Shown here piece after piece: positions 14,580 through 31,410 of a DNA stretch of 64,000 nt (within the stretch, counting starts at the first letter, position 1; the number at the start of each line of letters is the position of its first letter). The notes below the pieces were generated by a model. That model was not told the origin of the DNA. It made no database searches and saw only the letters and a list, made by a program, of their open reading frames with translations. This stretch comes from the human T2T-CHM13v2.0 reference genome, Homo sapiens. The DNA lies in assembly GCF_009914755.1 (NCBI RefSeq), contig NC_060942.1. One strand, given 5' to 3'. The translations under genes and the position numbers were made by a program.

Positions 14580-14915
14580 CCTGTAAAGACAACCATATAC
14601 TAAAAGTGAAATAATAGGAAAAAAATATTCCAAACAAGTAGAAAACAAAAGCATACAAGAATAGCTATACTTTTATCAGACAGAATAGACTTTAAGTCAG
14701 AAAACCTAAAAAGAGGTAAAGAAGGTCACTATATAATGACAAAGGAATCAATTTAGCAACAGAATATAGCAATTATAAATATAAATGCACTCAACATCAG
14801 AGCACCCAGATATATAAAGCAAATATTGTTAGAGCTGAAGAGAGAGATCAACCTCAATACAGTAATAGTTGGGGATTTAACATCCCATTTTCAGCAGTGA
14901 ATACATAATCTGGAC

Positions 14916-15261
14916 CAAGTTTCCCAACCCCTGGTACTGGTCCGTGGCCTGTTAGGAACCCAGCCACACAACAGAAGGTGAGTGGTGGGCCAGCGAGCAT
15001 TACCACCTGAGCTCTGCCTCCTATCAGATCAGTGGTGGCATTAGATTATCATAGGAGTGTGAACCCTACTATGAACTGCGCATGCAAAGAATCTAGGTTG
15101 CATGCTTCATATGAGAATCTAACCAATGCCTGATGATCTGAGGTGCAACAGTTTCATCCCAAAACCTTCACCTCTGAACTGCCCCTCCACATCCCACCAT
15201 CTGTGGAAAAACTGTCTTTCATGAAACAGGTCCTTCGTGCCAAAACGGTTGGCGATCACTG
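14916..15261 (+). mobile_element. MER1B (hAT-Charlie non-autonomous DNA transposon)
   Basis: TIR-like ends caagtttcccaacc / ggttggcgatcactg; 8-bp TSD ATCTGGAC/GTCTAGAC fits the Charlie NTCTAGAN target preference. Confidence 0.9.
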
Positions 15262-16331
15262 GTCTAGACAGGAAATTAACAAAAAATATCAGACTTCATC
15301 TTCAATATACATCATATAAACTTAACAGACATTTATAGAACATTTCATTCAATAGCAATGTACACATTACCCTAATTAGTACAGGGAGAATTTTCCAGTA
15401 TAGTCCATATATTAGGCCACAAAAGAAGCTTCAGCAAATTTATAAAAACTGAAACCATATTGAATATCTTCTCAGACCACAGTGGAATAAAGCTAGAAAT
15501 CAATAATAAAGGGAACTTTGGAAACTCTACAAACATATGGAAATTAAACAACATGCTCCTGAATGAACATTGAGTCAATGAAGTAATTAAGAAAAACTAA
15601 AAATATTTCTTGAAACAAATGAAAATGGAAGCTCAACATACCCAAACCAATGCCATACAGAAAAAGCAGTGCTAAGAGAGAAGTTTATAGCAAGAAATGT
15701 CTACCTAGAAAAAGTAGAACTATTTCAAATAAACAACCTAATGATTTACCTCAAGGAACTAGAAAAGTAACAAGAGACAAAACTCAAAATTATTAGGAGG
15801 AAAGAAATAATACAGATCAGAGCACAGAACTAAATGAAATCCATAGTAAAAAAAAAAATACAACAGATTAACAAAACTAAAACTTGTTCTTTTGAAAATA
15901 TAAACAAAGATAAACAAATTTTGAAAAGATAAACAAAAATAAATCACTAGCTAGGCTAACCAGGAAAAAAGAGCGAAGACCCAAATAAATGGAATCAGAA
16001 ACCCAAACAACTGATACCACAGAGCTGCAAGGGATCATTAGAAACCACTATAAACGACAATGTGCTAACAAAATGGAAAACCTAGAGGAAATGTATAAAT
16101 CCCTGGACATACACAAACTACAAAGATTGAACCAAGAAGAAATATAAAACTAAACAGAACAATAACAAGTACAAGATTAAATTAGTAATAGAAAGTCTTC
16201 CAAAAAAAGAAAAGTCTAGGACTGGATGGCTTTGCTGTTGAATGCTACAAAACTTGTAAGGAAAAACTAACAGCAATTATTTTCCAATTATCAAAAAAAA
16301 TAAAGAGGAGGGAATTCTTCCTAAATCCATG

Positions 16332-16467
16332 TATTTTTATCTTTATTTTTTAGAGGTGGGGCCTTGCTATGTTGCAGGGATGGCATTGAACTCCTGGGCT
16401 CAAGCAATCCTCCCACATTAGCCTCTTGAGTATCTGAGACTATAAGTGTATGCAACCATTCCCAGCT
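16332..16467 (-). mobile_element. FLAM (free left Alu monomer)
   Basis: Single monomer with 'gaactcctgggctcaagcaatcctccc' and T-rich tail, inserted in L1 ORF2. Confidence 0.85.
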
Positions 16468-17826
16468 TTTCTAACTCACTCTCATGAAGCCAGCATTACC
16501 CTGACACTAAAACTAGACAAAGACACAACAACAACAAAAAAGAAAACTGCAGGTCAATATCCCTAATGAACGTAGATACAAAAATCATCAAAAAAATACT
16601 AGCAAGCCCAACCCAACAGCATATCAAACAAATAATACAACATGATCATGTGGAATTTATCCCCAGAATGCAAGGATAATTGAACATATGCAAGTCAATA
16701 AATGTGATACATCATATCAATAGAATGAAGGACAAAAATCATATGTTCATTCCAATATATGCAGAAAAAGCACTCAGTAAAATTAAACATCCCTTCATGA
16801 TAAAACTCTCAACAAATTAGACATAGAAGAAGCAAACCTCAATATAATGAAGCCTATACAAGACAATCTCCCAACAAGCATTACACTGAATGGGGAAAAA
16901 CATTTCTTCTAAGAAGTGGAACAGTATCCTGGAGAGGATGCCCATGTTCACTACTATTATTCAACATATTAGCGGTAATCATAGCCAGAAAAATCAGGAA
17001 AGAGAAAGAAAGAAAAGATCTCCCCATTGGGAAAGAGGAAGCCAAATTGTTCCTCTTTGCAGAAGACATGATCATATACATAGAAAAACTGGAAGATTCC
17101 ACCAAAACCTCTTAGAAATGATAAACAATTTCAGTAAAGTTGCAGAATACAAAATCAACCTACAAAAATCAGTAGAATTTCTACACTTCCATAATAAACT
17201 AGCTGAAAAAGAAATCAAGAAAGCAATCTCATTTGCAACACCTACAAAAAGTAATAAGAAACCTAGGAATAAATTTAGCCAAGGAGGTGAAGACATCTAC
17301 AGTGGAAACTGCAAAACACTGATGAAAGAAATTGACACTGACACAAGTGAATGGAAAGACATTCTGTCCTCATGGATTGTAAAGGAATTTAACACAAATT
17401 TACTAATTATTCCTTTGGGTGTTATCTCATGGTTGCAAGTATTAAATGTCATTATAAGTAATGTTTATAGATCAATAGAATAATGTTTAAAGATCAATCC
17501 ACTAAGCAATAGACTAAGTAGTTATCTGTGGAGACCACAAATATACACCTATAGAGAACTAGATAAAGAAAAGAAACTGTTACCGTGTTATTGAACATGG
17601 ATTCTTGTGCCATAAAACAAATAGAAAGTTATAATATCATCCCTGTTTCAAAATTCTGCATCTAAAACCATGTTGGCAAAAGTAAAAATAATGTATATTT
17701 TAAAGTCACGTTAGATCACTCAAAACATGGCTTTAGTAATAAAAAAACATTTGAAAAAGGAAGGTAAAGAGTTAAATAAAACATTTTTTGGAAATGTTAT
17801 AATGAAATAATATGGTCTTTTTTTAG

Positions 17827-18183
<357 letters not shown>

Positions 18184-18279
18184 TCAGACATCCAGAAGAG
18201 CACAATGAAAACATCACAATATGGCCACTACTCAGCTCTGTCAAATTCAGCATTTTTCATAATGTTCCAGATTACTTTT

Positions 18280-18600
18280 TAATTTAAGGGAGTCTAACTT
18301 ACCAATTTTTTTTCATGAACTGTGCTTTTTCTGTTGTGTCTAAAAAGTCATCACCAAACTTATGATCACCTAGATTATCTCCTATGTTATCTTCTGAAAA
18401 TTATATAGTTTTGCGTTTTACATTTAGGTCTATGACCCATTTTGAATTAATTTTTTGGGAAGGTGAAAGGTCTGGGTCTAGATTCATTTTTTTTTTTTTT
18501 TACTTGTGGATGTACATTTGTTATAGTATAGATGTGATGATTACATTAATTGATTTTCTATTGTTAAACCACACTTACATATTTGGCATACATATAACTT
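18280..18600 (-). mobile_element. L1 (L1MB/MC-like) fragments
   Basis: 'ttttgcgttttacatttaggtctatgacccattttgaattaatttttt' is typical antisense L1 ORF2. Confidence 0.7.
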
Positions 18601-18659
18601 TTTAAAGAACTAAAGTAATATAAATTAATTGAGTACTTATCATCTAGTACTTAAAATTG

Positions 18660-19291
18660 TGCAGTTTGTACTTATCAAATTAAAAAACAGAGCATTCTCT
18701 GTCAACTCTAGTCAAGTTAAGAATTTTGACCACTCCAATGGGTGAGAAGTGATATGTTAGTGTGGTTTTAGTTTGAATTTCTTTTATTATGAGTTAAGAA
18801 AAGAATATATATATATATAAAGATAAGAATATATATATTAAGATAAGAATATATATATATTAAGAATATATATATTAAGATAAGAATATATATATATTAA
18901 GAATATATATATATATAAACATACATATATATGTTAACAGCCAGCATGGTCACATTTTTTTTTTCTGTGAACTGTTCATTTCTTTTGCCTATTTTTCAAC
19001 CAGGGTTTTGGTCTTTACCTGTGATATAACTTGCACATTTAGGTTTGTTTTGCCATGTTTCTGATAACTTTATCTAGCCAAATTTATTCTTTTTCTTTCA
19101 TTGCTTCTAGATTTTGAATCACATTCAGGTAGAGTTTTGCTACCCTAAGTATAAAGGAATTCATTCATTTTTCCGCTAATACTTACGGAAATTATTATTT
19201 GTTCATTTAGATTTCTGATGTCTTTGGACCTTATCCTTGGTAAATGGTGGAAAGTATGAATTCAACTGTATTTTTTCTAAATGACCATTAC
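18660..19291 (-). mobile_element. L1ME-like relic, left part (continues at 23778)
   Basis: Degenerate antisense L1 text ending '...gtaaatggtggaaagtatgaattcaactgtattttttctaaatgaccattac'. Confidence 0.65.
18801..18932. repeat. AT-rich compound repeat, units like aag(ataag)aa(ta)n
   Basis: Directly visible tandem units. Confidence 0.9.
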
Positions 19292-20108
19292 TTCCCCCCC
19301 TTAAAAAGAAAAGCTCAGTTTTAAATTTTATTACTTTGTACAAATCTTTTTTGCTTTTTTTTTTTTTTTTTCCTGTTCCCTTCCTCCATTTGACATCGGT
19401 AAAAGTTTTGAGCATCATGAAATTGATTTGGCTGCAAAGGAAGTAACAGTACAAAAACAAAATGAAACAAATACCAAAAAGGCAAACAGAAAACCCTAAA
19501 TAAACCCTCAAGTTTGGTCTTGGGGGTTTACATATCACAACAAGAACCGTCAACTCAACCCCCATGCAAGGTGACTCCTAGGAGAGCTGTTGGATCCACA
19601 CCAATACAGGAGACTGCGCACAACGTCTTTTCTTAATTAACACAGCAAGTGTGACACTAGGTAACTTTTTTTTTTAATACAGTACATGATACACAGGGTC
19701 ACCAAGGTGACCCTGCATAAACCCCTCGTGAAGACTTGAGCCAAGCACTGGCTGTTTTCTGTAAAAATATTGTGTTGCTACAAAAGTGTAAATAAATGCT
19801 GCTGCTATTAAGAAATATTAAACACATCAAACTTATACAGATTAAGAAAAATATTACTTAATATCCGTAGAAAACTCTGGCCTAAAAAAGACATTTTTGT
19901 GTGTTTTGTTTTTGTGAAATATTTTTGTATTTTTTTAAAGATGCTTTGAGTTTCTTGCACTTGAAGAGAGAGACACAGTCAGAAGTGTCTATGGTATTGC
20001 CTAGAAAATCTTAACTACTGAGAAAGGATGGCGCGGGGGCGGGGGGGGGGCAGGTGCACGCACGTGGTTAACCAGTGGGGAGCGGGGAGGGGCATCAAGG
20101 CTTTTTCA

Positions 20109-20531
<423 letters not shown>

Positions 20532-20995
20532 AAGTACCTCTGTGATTTCCTGATGCTTGGGATCTGAATGGCCCTGGAGGAGCTACCTGACCCTGCCCCG
20601 CCGTGTGGTTCTCATTCTCCTGGCTGGTGAGGCCCAGCCCCGGGTCAGTCCACGAGCTCGGTTCACTGCTTGGGATGCCGCCCACTGGCTGGGCGGGAGG
20701 GAAGGTCCTAGGCAGAGACCAGCTGGTCTCTGTGGGAAGAGCCCCTCCTTCTGACTAGTCTCAGACCCCATTGTCTGTGGCAACCTAGAGTTCAGGAAGT
20801 GCCACAGAAATCCTAGGCCCCTGAGGTTTCAGACAAGGCTCGGCTGTGCCCTTTTAAGGAATTTTGGTTTGAAGAGTCAAGGTGCCCTGTGGGACACATA
20901 GGTGGGCAGGGCCCTCGTGGGTCGTGATGCTAATGCCCAGTTGCAAACCTAGCAAATCCTTCTCTGAACAAGAATTGATCTTTAAAGCAACCTTC

Positions 20996-22921
20996 GTGGT
21001 GGTGTGGTGGTGTGGTGAGGTGGTGCTGTGGTGGTAGTGTGGTGGTGTGTGGTGGTGTGGTGGTGTGTGGTGTGTGGTGGTGTGGTGGTGTGTGGTGTGT
21101 GGTGGTGTGGTGGTGGTGTGGTGGTGGTGGTGTGGTGGTGGTGGTGTGGTGAGGTGGTGGTGTGTGGTGGTAGTGTGGTGGTAGTGTGGTGGTGTGGTGT
21201 GGTGGTGTGTGGTGTGGTGAGGTGGTGGTGTGGTGGTGGTGTGGTGGTGTGTGGTGGTGTGGTGGTGGTGTGGTGGTGTGGTGGTGGTGTGTGGTGGTGT
21301 GTGGTGGTGTGTGGTGGTGTGTGGTGGTGGTGGTGTGGTGGTGTGTGGTGGTGTGGTGGTGGTGGTGTGGTGGTGTGTGGTGGTGTGGTGGTGGTGGTGT
21401 GGTGGTGTGTGGTGGTGTGTGGTGGTGTGTGGTGGTGTGTGGTGGTGGTGTGGTGGTGTGTGGTGGTGTGTGGTGGTGGTGTGTGGTGGTGGTGTGTGGT
21501 GGTGGTGTGGTGGTGGTGTGTGGTGGTGTGGTGGTAGTGTGGTGGTGTGGTGGTGTGTGGTGGTGGTGTGGTGGTGTGTGGTGGTGGTGTGGTGGTGGTG
21601 TGGTGGTGGTGTGTGGTGGTGTGGTGGTGGTGTGGTGGTGGTGATGTGGTGATGTGGTGGTGTGTGGTGGTGTGTGGTGGTGTGGTGGTAGTGTGGTGGT
21701 GTGTGGTGGTGTGTGGTGGTGTGTGGTGGTGTGTGGTGGTGGTGTGGTGGTGTGTGGTGGTGTGTGGTGGTGGTGTGTGGTGGTGTGTGGTGGTGGTGGT
21801 GTGGTGGTGGTGTGGTGGTGGTGTGGTGGTGGTGTGGTGGTGTGTGGTGGTGGTGTGGTGGTGTGTGGTGGTGTGTGGTGGTGTGTGGTGGTGTGTGGTG
21901 GTGTGTGGTGGTGGTGTGGTGGTGTGTGGTGGTGGTGTGGTGGTGTGTGGTGGTGTGTGGTGGTGTGTGGTGGTGTGTGGTGGTGTGTGGTGGTGTGTGG
22001 TGGTGTGTGGTGGTGTGTGGTGGTGTGTGGTGGTGTGTGGTGGTGTGTGGTGGTGGTGTGGTGGTGTGTGGTGGTGTGTGGTGGTGTGTGGTGGTGTGTG
22101 GTGGTGTGGTGGTGGTGTGGTGGTGGTGTGGTGGTGTGTGGTGGTGGTGTGGTGGTGGTGTGGTGGTGTGTGGTGGTGTGTGGTGGTGTGTGGTGGTGTG
22201 TGGTGGTGGTGTGTGGTGGTGGTGTGTGGTGGTGGTGTGGTGGTGGTGTGTGGTGGTGTGGTGGTAGTGTGGTGGTGTGGTGGTGTGTGGTGGTGTGGTG
22301 GTGGTGTGTGGTGGTGGTGTGGTGGTAGTGTGGTGGTGTGGTGGTAGTGTGGTGGTGTGGTGGTGGTGTGTGGTGGTGGTGTGGTGGTGGTGTGTGGTGG
22401 TGTGGTGTGTGGTGGTGGTGTGGTGGTGGTGTGTGGTGGTGTGTGGTGGTGTGGTGGTGTGGTGGTGGTGTGTGGTGGTGGTGTGTGGTGTGTGGTGGTG
22501 GTGTGGTGGTGTGTGGTGGTGTGTGGTGGTGTGTGGTGTGGTGGTGTGTGGTGGTGGTGTGGTGGTGGTGTGTGGTGATGTGGTGGTAGTGTGGTGGTGG
22601 TGTGGTGGTAGTGTGGTGGTGTGGTGGTGGTAGTGTGGTGGTGTGGTGGTGGTGTGTGGTGGTGTGGTGGTAGTGTGGTGGTGTGGTGGTGTGTGGTGGT
22701 GATGTGGTGGTGTGGTGGTGTGTGGTGGTGATGTGGTGGTGTGGTGGTGTGTGGTGGTGTGTGGTGGTGTGGTGGTAGTGTGGTGGTGTGGTGGTGGTGT
22801 GTGGTGTGGTGGTGGTGTGTGGTGGTGTGGTGGTAGTGTGGTGGTGTGGTGGTGGTGGTGTGGTGGTGTGTGGTGGTGGTGTGGTGGTGGTGTGTGGTGG
22901 TGATGTGGTGGTGTGGTGGTG
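20996..22921. repeat. ~1.9 kb G/T-rich compound tandem repeat built from GGT and GT (8-, 10-, 11- and 13-mer units such as TGTGTGGTGG)
   Basis: Almost exclusively G and T, with rare A variants (GGTAGT, GGTGAT, GGTGAG); pure 10-mer run at ~21941-22050. Confidence 0.98.
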
Positions 22922-23777
22922 AGGGTGGGGAGATGAATATGTCAAACAGTGACCTGACAACCTTCACCCTCATTAAAGTGGGAGTGGGAGCCTCTTCCAC
23001 GGAAACCACGAGGTTCCTTCAGTGAAAGCCAGGGCTCCCCTGACCACAATCCTCAAACCCCAATAATAGAGGAAGAAAAACAACTACAACAAAATTCTCT
23101 GGAAACCCTGAAAAGGGGAAACTAAAAGGAAAACATAAGAGGGAACACACGGTATATCATTGGTTGACCATAACTGGCCTAGCAAACATTAGCCACGGTG
23201 AAGGGGAAGGCCAGCCTCCTTCCCAGTTCTCCCACTGGCCCAGCTGGGCACGGGAGCTGGAGCAGGGCTGGCCGGGACAGAAGCTTCCACCTACTGGCGC
23301 CAGGGGACACCTGGAACTTACTTAGTCTCTTGTTTCTGTCAAAACCATCGGCCTTGTTAGGACCCTCCTTAAGATGCAGCCAAGAGAGGCATTGTGGATC
23401 TTCCCAAGGCAAGGGCAAAGTTATGAATTTGCGGCAGCTCACTGGGGTATCTCCTTCTCCAGCACATCCATCATGATGACAAGATGTTGGGAGCATCCCA
23501 AGTTGAACTATCTCACAGGGCTTCCCTGCTCCATGCACATCCCATCTTCATTTCAAACCCTCCCGACTACCCTGTGCACACCCCGCCCCTCCCCCAGCAT
23601 CTGTATCCCTAGCATCTCTCCAAATGCCCACTTTTCAAGGAGTCTAGCTCAAGTCCAGGGGAAGCAGGTGGCCTTGCTCAAGAATAGGGGACTCCTAAAG
23701 GCAGAGGTTCGGCATCGCAGTGGAAAACACGCCTTGGAGAATTTTTCTCTGGTGTTTCTTTGAAAGTGCAGGTGATG

Positions 23778-25950
<2,173 letters not shown>

Positions 25951-26039
25951 ATTTTGTTTTATTTTCTACACTAATTTTAGTTAGAAACTTAGCTTAATTA
26001 CCAAATCTAATGGCTAATGCTAGGAATTGATTTTTCTTA

Positions 26040-26720
26040 ACCTATCAGTGTCAATTGACTGGTTAAAACGCTTTCTTCATTTGGCTTCTGGAACATTACC
26101 TTTTCTTGATTTCCCTCTTACTTCACTTGTTACTGTTGTTTAGTCTCCTTCATTGGATCATTTTTATTTCCATGTAGTATGATGCCCCTAGGTTTAGTTT
26201 TGAACCTCCTCTCATCATATACATTCATCATCTTCTCCAGATCATCTCATTCATTCCTGTGTTGATAAATATCTCCTATATGCTTGTGAGTCCCACATGT
26301 ACTTATACCTGTTTCCTGAGATTCAGACCCATATCCATCTCCTTACTTGACATATTCATTTGAATGTCTATGAAGCATCTGTGTAATAACATGTTTAAAA
26401 AATCACTAAAATTTCCCCTTCTCCCCCAGCTTACCCCATCTCAGGATAGTATAAATTCATTATTTTAGTTACTGGGCCACAGTCTATGGAGTTATCTTGA
26501 GTCCTCCCTATCTGTGAAACTCCACTTCCATTTCTTAGCAGGTTCTGTTGACAGTTTCTTTAAAATATATCTAGAATATGACTACTTGTCACTTGTGTCA
26601 CTACCATTCTGAGTCCAGGCACTGTAGTTTCTTGACTGGCATTCCCAGAACCTAGAAAAATATCTGGATTAGAATATATGTTCATGAATGTATGTGATGT
26701 ATGTGAAGAGTTAAAGAATG
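26040..26720 (+). mobile_element. L2 relic
   Basis: Pyrimidine-rich L2 text 'ttcctgagattcagacccatatccatct ccttacttgacatattcatttgaatgtcta'. Confidence 0.75.
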
Positions 26721-27002
26721 TAGTTCTATTTGACTATAACATTCTAGGGCCTAAAGATACTTCACCAATAACATTAATGTTATTTTGTTTATATATGATA
26801 ATAAGAATACCTGAGAAGCTTAAGTATTGCCCAAAATTATATTCCCATGGTGCCATCTTGTTCTCTTTATTGATTTTAATAGGGTGAATATGGTATTTCG
26901 GTATAGAATACATTTATCTTTAGATTTATTGCCTTTTCAAGCACATCATAAATTTTTAAAATTGGATCACCTTTTCTTGGATAGAGAACCAATATTCAAT
27001 AT

Positions 27003-27140
27003 AATTCAGTTCAATTCATTTCAATATATTTATTGATTTTTCTACTTTGCATAGCAATGTCCCAAATACTGCCAAATACTGTGGTGGATAAAAAATGAGT
27101 AAAACACAGTCTACATATCTGAGGGCTTACAACCTAGTCA
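27003..27140 (-). mobile_element. L2 3' end
   Basis: 'attcatttcaatatatttattga...aaaaatgagtaaaacacagtc...cttacaacctagt'. Confidence 0.65.
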
Positions 27141-27242
27141 TAGTCCAACCAGAATATACATTTGTTAAAAGATAGAGAAATGGTACCAGAAATGAATAGT
27201 GAGAAATCTGGAAAAGCCTAATGAATTAGCCAAAATTTATAT

Positions 27243-28931
<1,689 letters not shown>

Positions 28932-30552
28932 CATCCCTAGGAAATGAATACAGGGAGTTTGGTGGTTATGAAGAACTCTGACTCCTTTAGAAGAATAGAT
29001 TTAGACTCTAAGCCACTAGAGAAAAGTCAAAACACATGCATATTCAGGTAGTAACCAGACTATAATCTCACAGGACAAAATTTAAAAGGAACAGAATCTA
29101 GAGAAAGTTTGATACTATTCCTTCAGTATTGTGTGAGAAAAGGACAATGGTGAAAAATACATTTTACATTTCAATTTACATGTTTCACAAAATAACTCTT
29201 ACCACACCATGATGCATTCTGATTCGTCTGTTCCATTCTATTTTCTTTTGTGTCATAAAAGAAGGCTGACCATGACTAACCAAGGTGATTTCAAGATCAG
29301 TCATGAAAAGCATTGTGTGTAAAAACACTCTAGCTCTAGCACTGCCTAACTTCCTTGCACTATTATCAAAGTCAAAAGTAGTCCACATTTAGCTGGCATA
29401 AACTTGGATGCGTTCTCTTAAATTATGTTTTATTACTGATTTCTGCTCTTATTGTTATAGTCATTTAATAGAAAAAAATTGAGAACTACTCATCAAATGG
29501 TACATAAGGCACAGTGCCTTCTATGAATAATTTGACATATGTTAATCTACTATTTTCTTGTTCATTACATAAAGAGAACAAGGAGATTTTTCAATCTGTC
29601 CAAGTGTTTGTGAATAAATGTTATCATCTTGACTAAACTTTCCAATGTGGTAAAATAGATAAAGCAATAGATAATCTTGTGTTGATGTCATGTATTCTTG
29701 GTGAAGATTCAGGTCTTGCTTATTGGGAGAGACAGGGTAATAAAACCACTCAATTAGAGAGAAATTTCCTTGTCTTTAAGAATGTAGCGATTGACAGTGG
29801 CAGGACACTGGTAGTAATCCACTCATTAGCTATGGATGTTGCCATGGACACCAGTGCAGTACCGCAAATCATGAGTGGGAGAAAAAGAAAATTATGAGAA
29901 CCAAGAATAGTTTCTCTACATGAAGTATATATTTCAGAGAGACAATCATTTACTTATGATTTTTTAACTGAGCTTTTCCTTTGTTTCAGACTCTGCTGAT
30001 CTTCTTTAATGTCAAAGGCTCTCCTGTTAGAAATAGAAAAGAAAGAGTCTGATTTAAACAGTATTGCTGTTGTGTCCTATTTTGATCTTTTGTTTGGTCA
30101 GTCTGTAAAAACTTTTAATGCTTACAAAAGGAATTAGAAAATACATGGGCTGTCCTTGATAAACAATCTTCTGACTGATTTGCCCATTTAATACTACAAG
30201 TAACATTTGTTGTGGTAGAAATACTAATACTGCAACCTTGCTCCTAAAGAAATTATTTCAACTGGTCAGTCAGTTCTACTTTCAAATATTTCATTCATTC
30301 ATTCATTCATTCACTCATGTTTACATTTTCATTTATTTCATAGATTGTGATATGAAGTGATAAAGTTCTGAAATAAATGTATATAATGTATTTTCACTAT
30401 CATTGTAGTCACAAATTTGTTGTTGTATTTGGAAATACTGATGGGGATATTTTTACGTTTTTGTTCTGGACATGATGTATGTATGCAATGCAAAATAAGA
30501 CCATTGAGCACTTCCTCATAAGGAAAAATCGCAACAGCGGTAGAAAAGGCCA

Positions 30553-31115
30553 TGTATTAGTCAGGGTTCAGCCAGAGAAAAGAATCAGTAGGGGCAGGGG
30601 TGTATGTGTGTGTGTATGTGTGACAGAAAGAGAGAGAGACAGCCAGAGAGAGAGAGAAATTTGTTACAGGGGATTGGGGGAATTGACTTACACAATTGTG
30701 GGAGGTGGTTAAGCAGTCTCCGTAAGGCTGCTCTCTCCTCATATAGTCATGGATCTTGAAGTTCACAGGGTGTGCAGACGGAAAGGAAAATAGACGTAAA
30801 ATGAGGAAGACCAAAGGCAGGATGGATTCCATAAGCATGAGCCAGAAACCCATCTGGAAGGATTGAGCATTATCTTCTTGCCTCTGCCCTTGATGCCAAA
30901 TGTATCCTGCAGAAGCTATGCCTGTTGTCATGAAGTTAAATTGAAGCCCAGGAGTCAGAAATGCTAAAGGAGGCTCCAAGGAAAGGTGAAAACAATTTAG
31001 GTTCAGCTGCTACTTCTTGCCAACGAGGTGAGTCAGCACACTGGCAACAATGTGTGGGAACTACAAAATGGCTGATGCTCACCTTCTGCCTTGAAATCAG
31101 CACAAGGATCTCCCT
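30553..31115 (-). mobile_element. ERVL-class LTR (MLT2/LTR52-like) with (TG)n(AG)n tract
   Basis: Starts tgtattagtcagggttc; 'ggaattgacttacacaattgtgggagg'; subfamily uncertain. Confidence 0.7.
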
Positions 31116-31199
31116 TGTGGCCCACTCTTGTGCCTCAGTTTTCCTTTCTTGGAATGACTAGAAACTTCTCTGTCTTCTTTTAGACTTTTATAAATTATA

Positions 31200-31410
31200 A
31201 TAGTAGTTATCAAGCATTGAACATTTGTCATGCAACAGGCACATATGTTGTCTCATTTAATCCTCATACATTTCCTGTGAGGTAAAGTCGATTAATAACC
31301 TAATTTTACAGATGAGGAAATCAAGGCTTAGAGAGATTAATAAACTTACATAAGGCTACGATGCTAAATTATTAGTGGAACAGAATTATGAATCTAGATG
31401 TCTAGGATCA
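31200..31410 (-). mobile_element. MIR
   Basis: Core 'tctcatttaatcctca...attttacagatgaggaaatcaaggcttagagag'. Confidence 0.85.

Larger units (their letters stand above)
12190..17385 (+). mobile_element. Degenerate L1 (L1M2/L1MA-like): 5' region, ORF1, ORF2 endonuclease and RT remnants, 3'-truncated
   Basis: ORF1 remnants (SPMRLIADFSAE); ORF2 start atgacaggagtaag near 14068; RT motif remnant encoding LFAEDMIIY near 17052-17080; many stops and frameshifts. Confidence 0.92.

Noticed and set aside
16890-17483. 197-aa ORF over the L1 RT region
   Set aside because: Frameshifted mosaic of dead L1 ORF2 running into flanking DNA.
19347-19371. T-run as the poly-A tail of the retrocopy
   Set aside because: On the minus strand it lies upstream of the AATAAA and ~55 bp inside the TSD-defined boundary, so it is more likely an internal A-tract of the source UTR.
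20996-22921. Possible telomeric repeat, CRISPR array or Chi-site array
   Set aside because: No TTAGGG units, no unique spacers and no GCTGGTGG; this is a simple eukaryotic compound repeat.
20930-23009. 675/676-aa His/Thr/Pro ORFs and many Val/Trp/Cys/Gly ORFs
   Set aside because: All frames are open only because the repeat lacks stop-forming bases; there is no evidence of a real CDS (not a mucin or His-rich protein gene).
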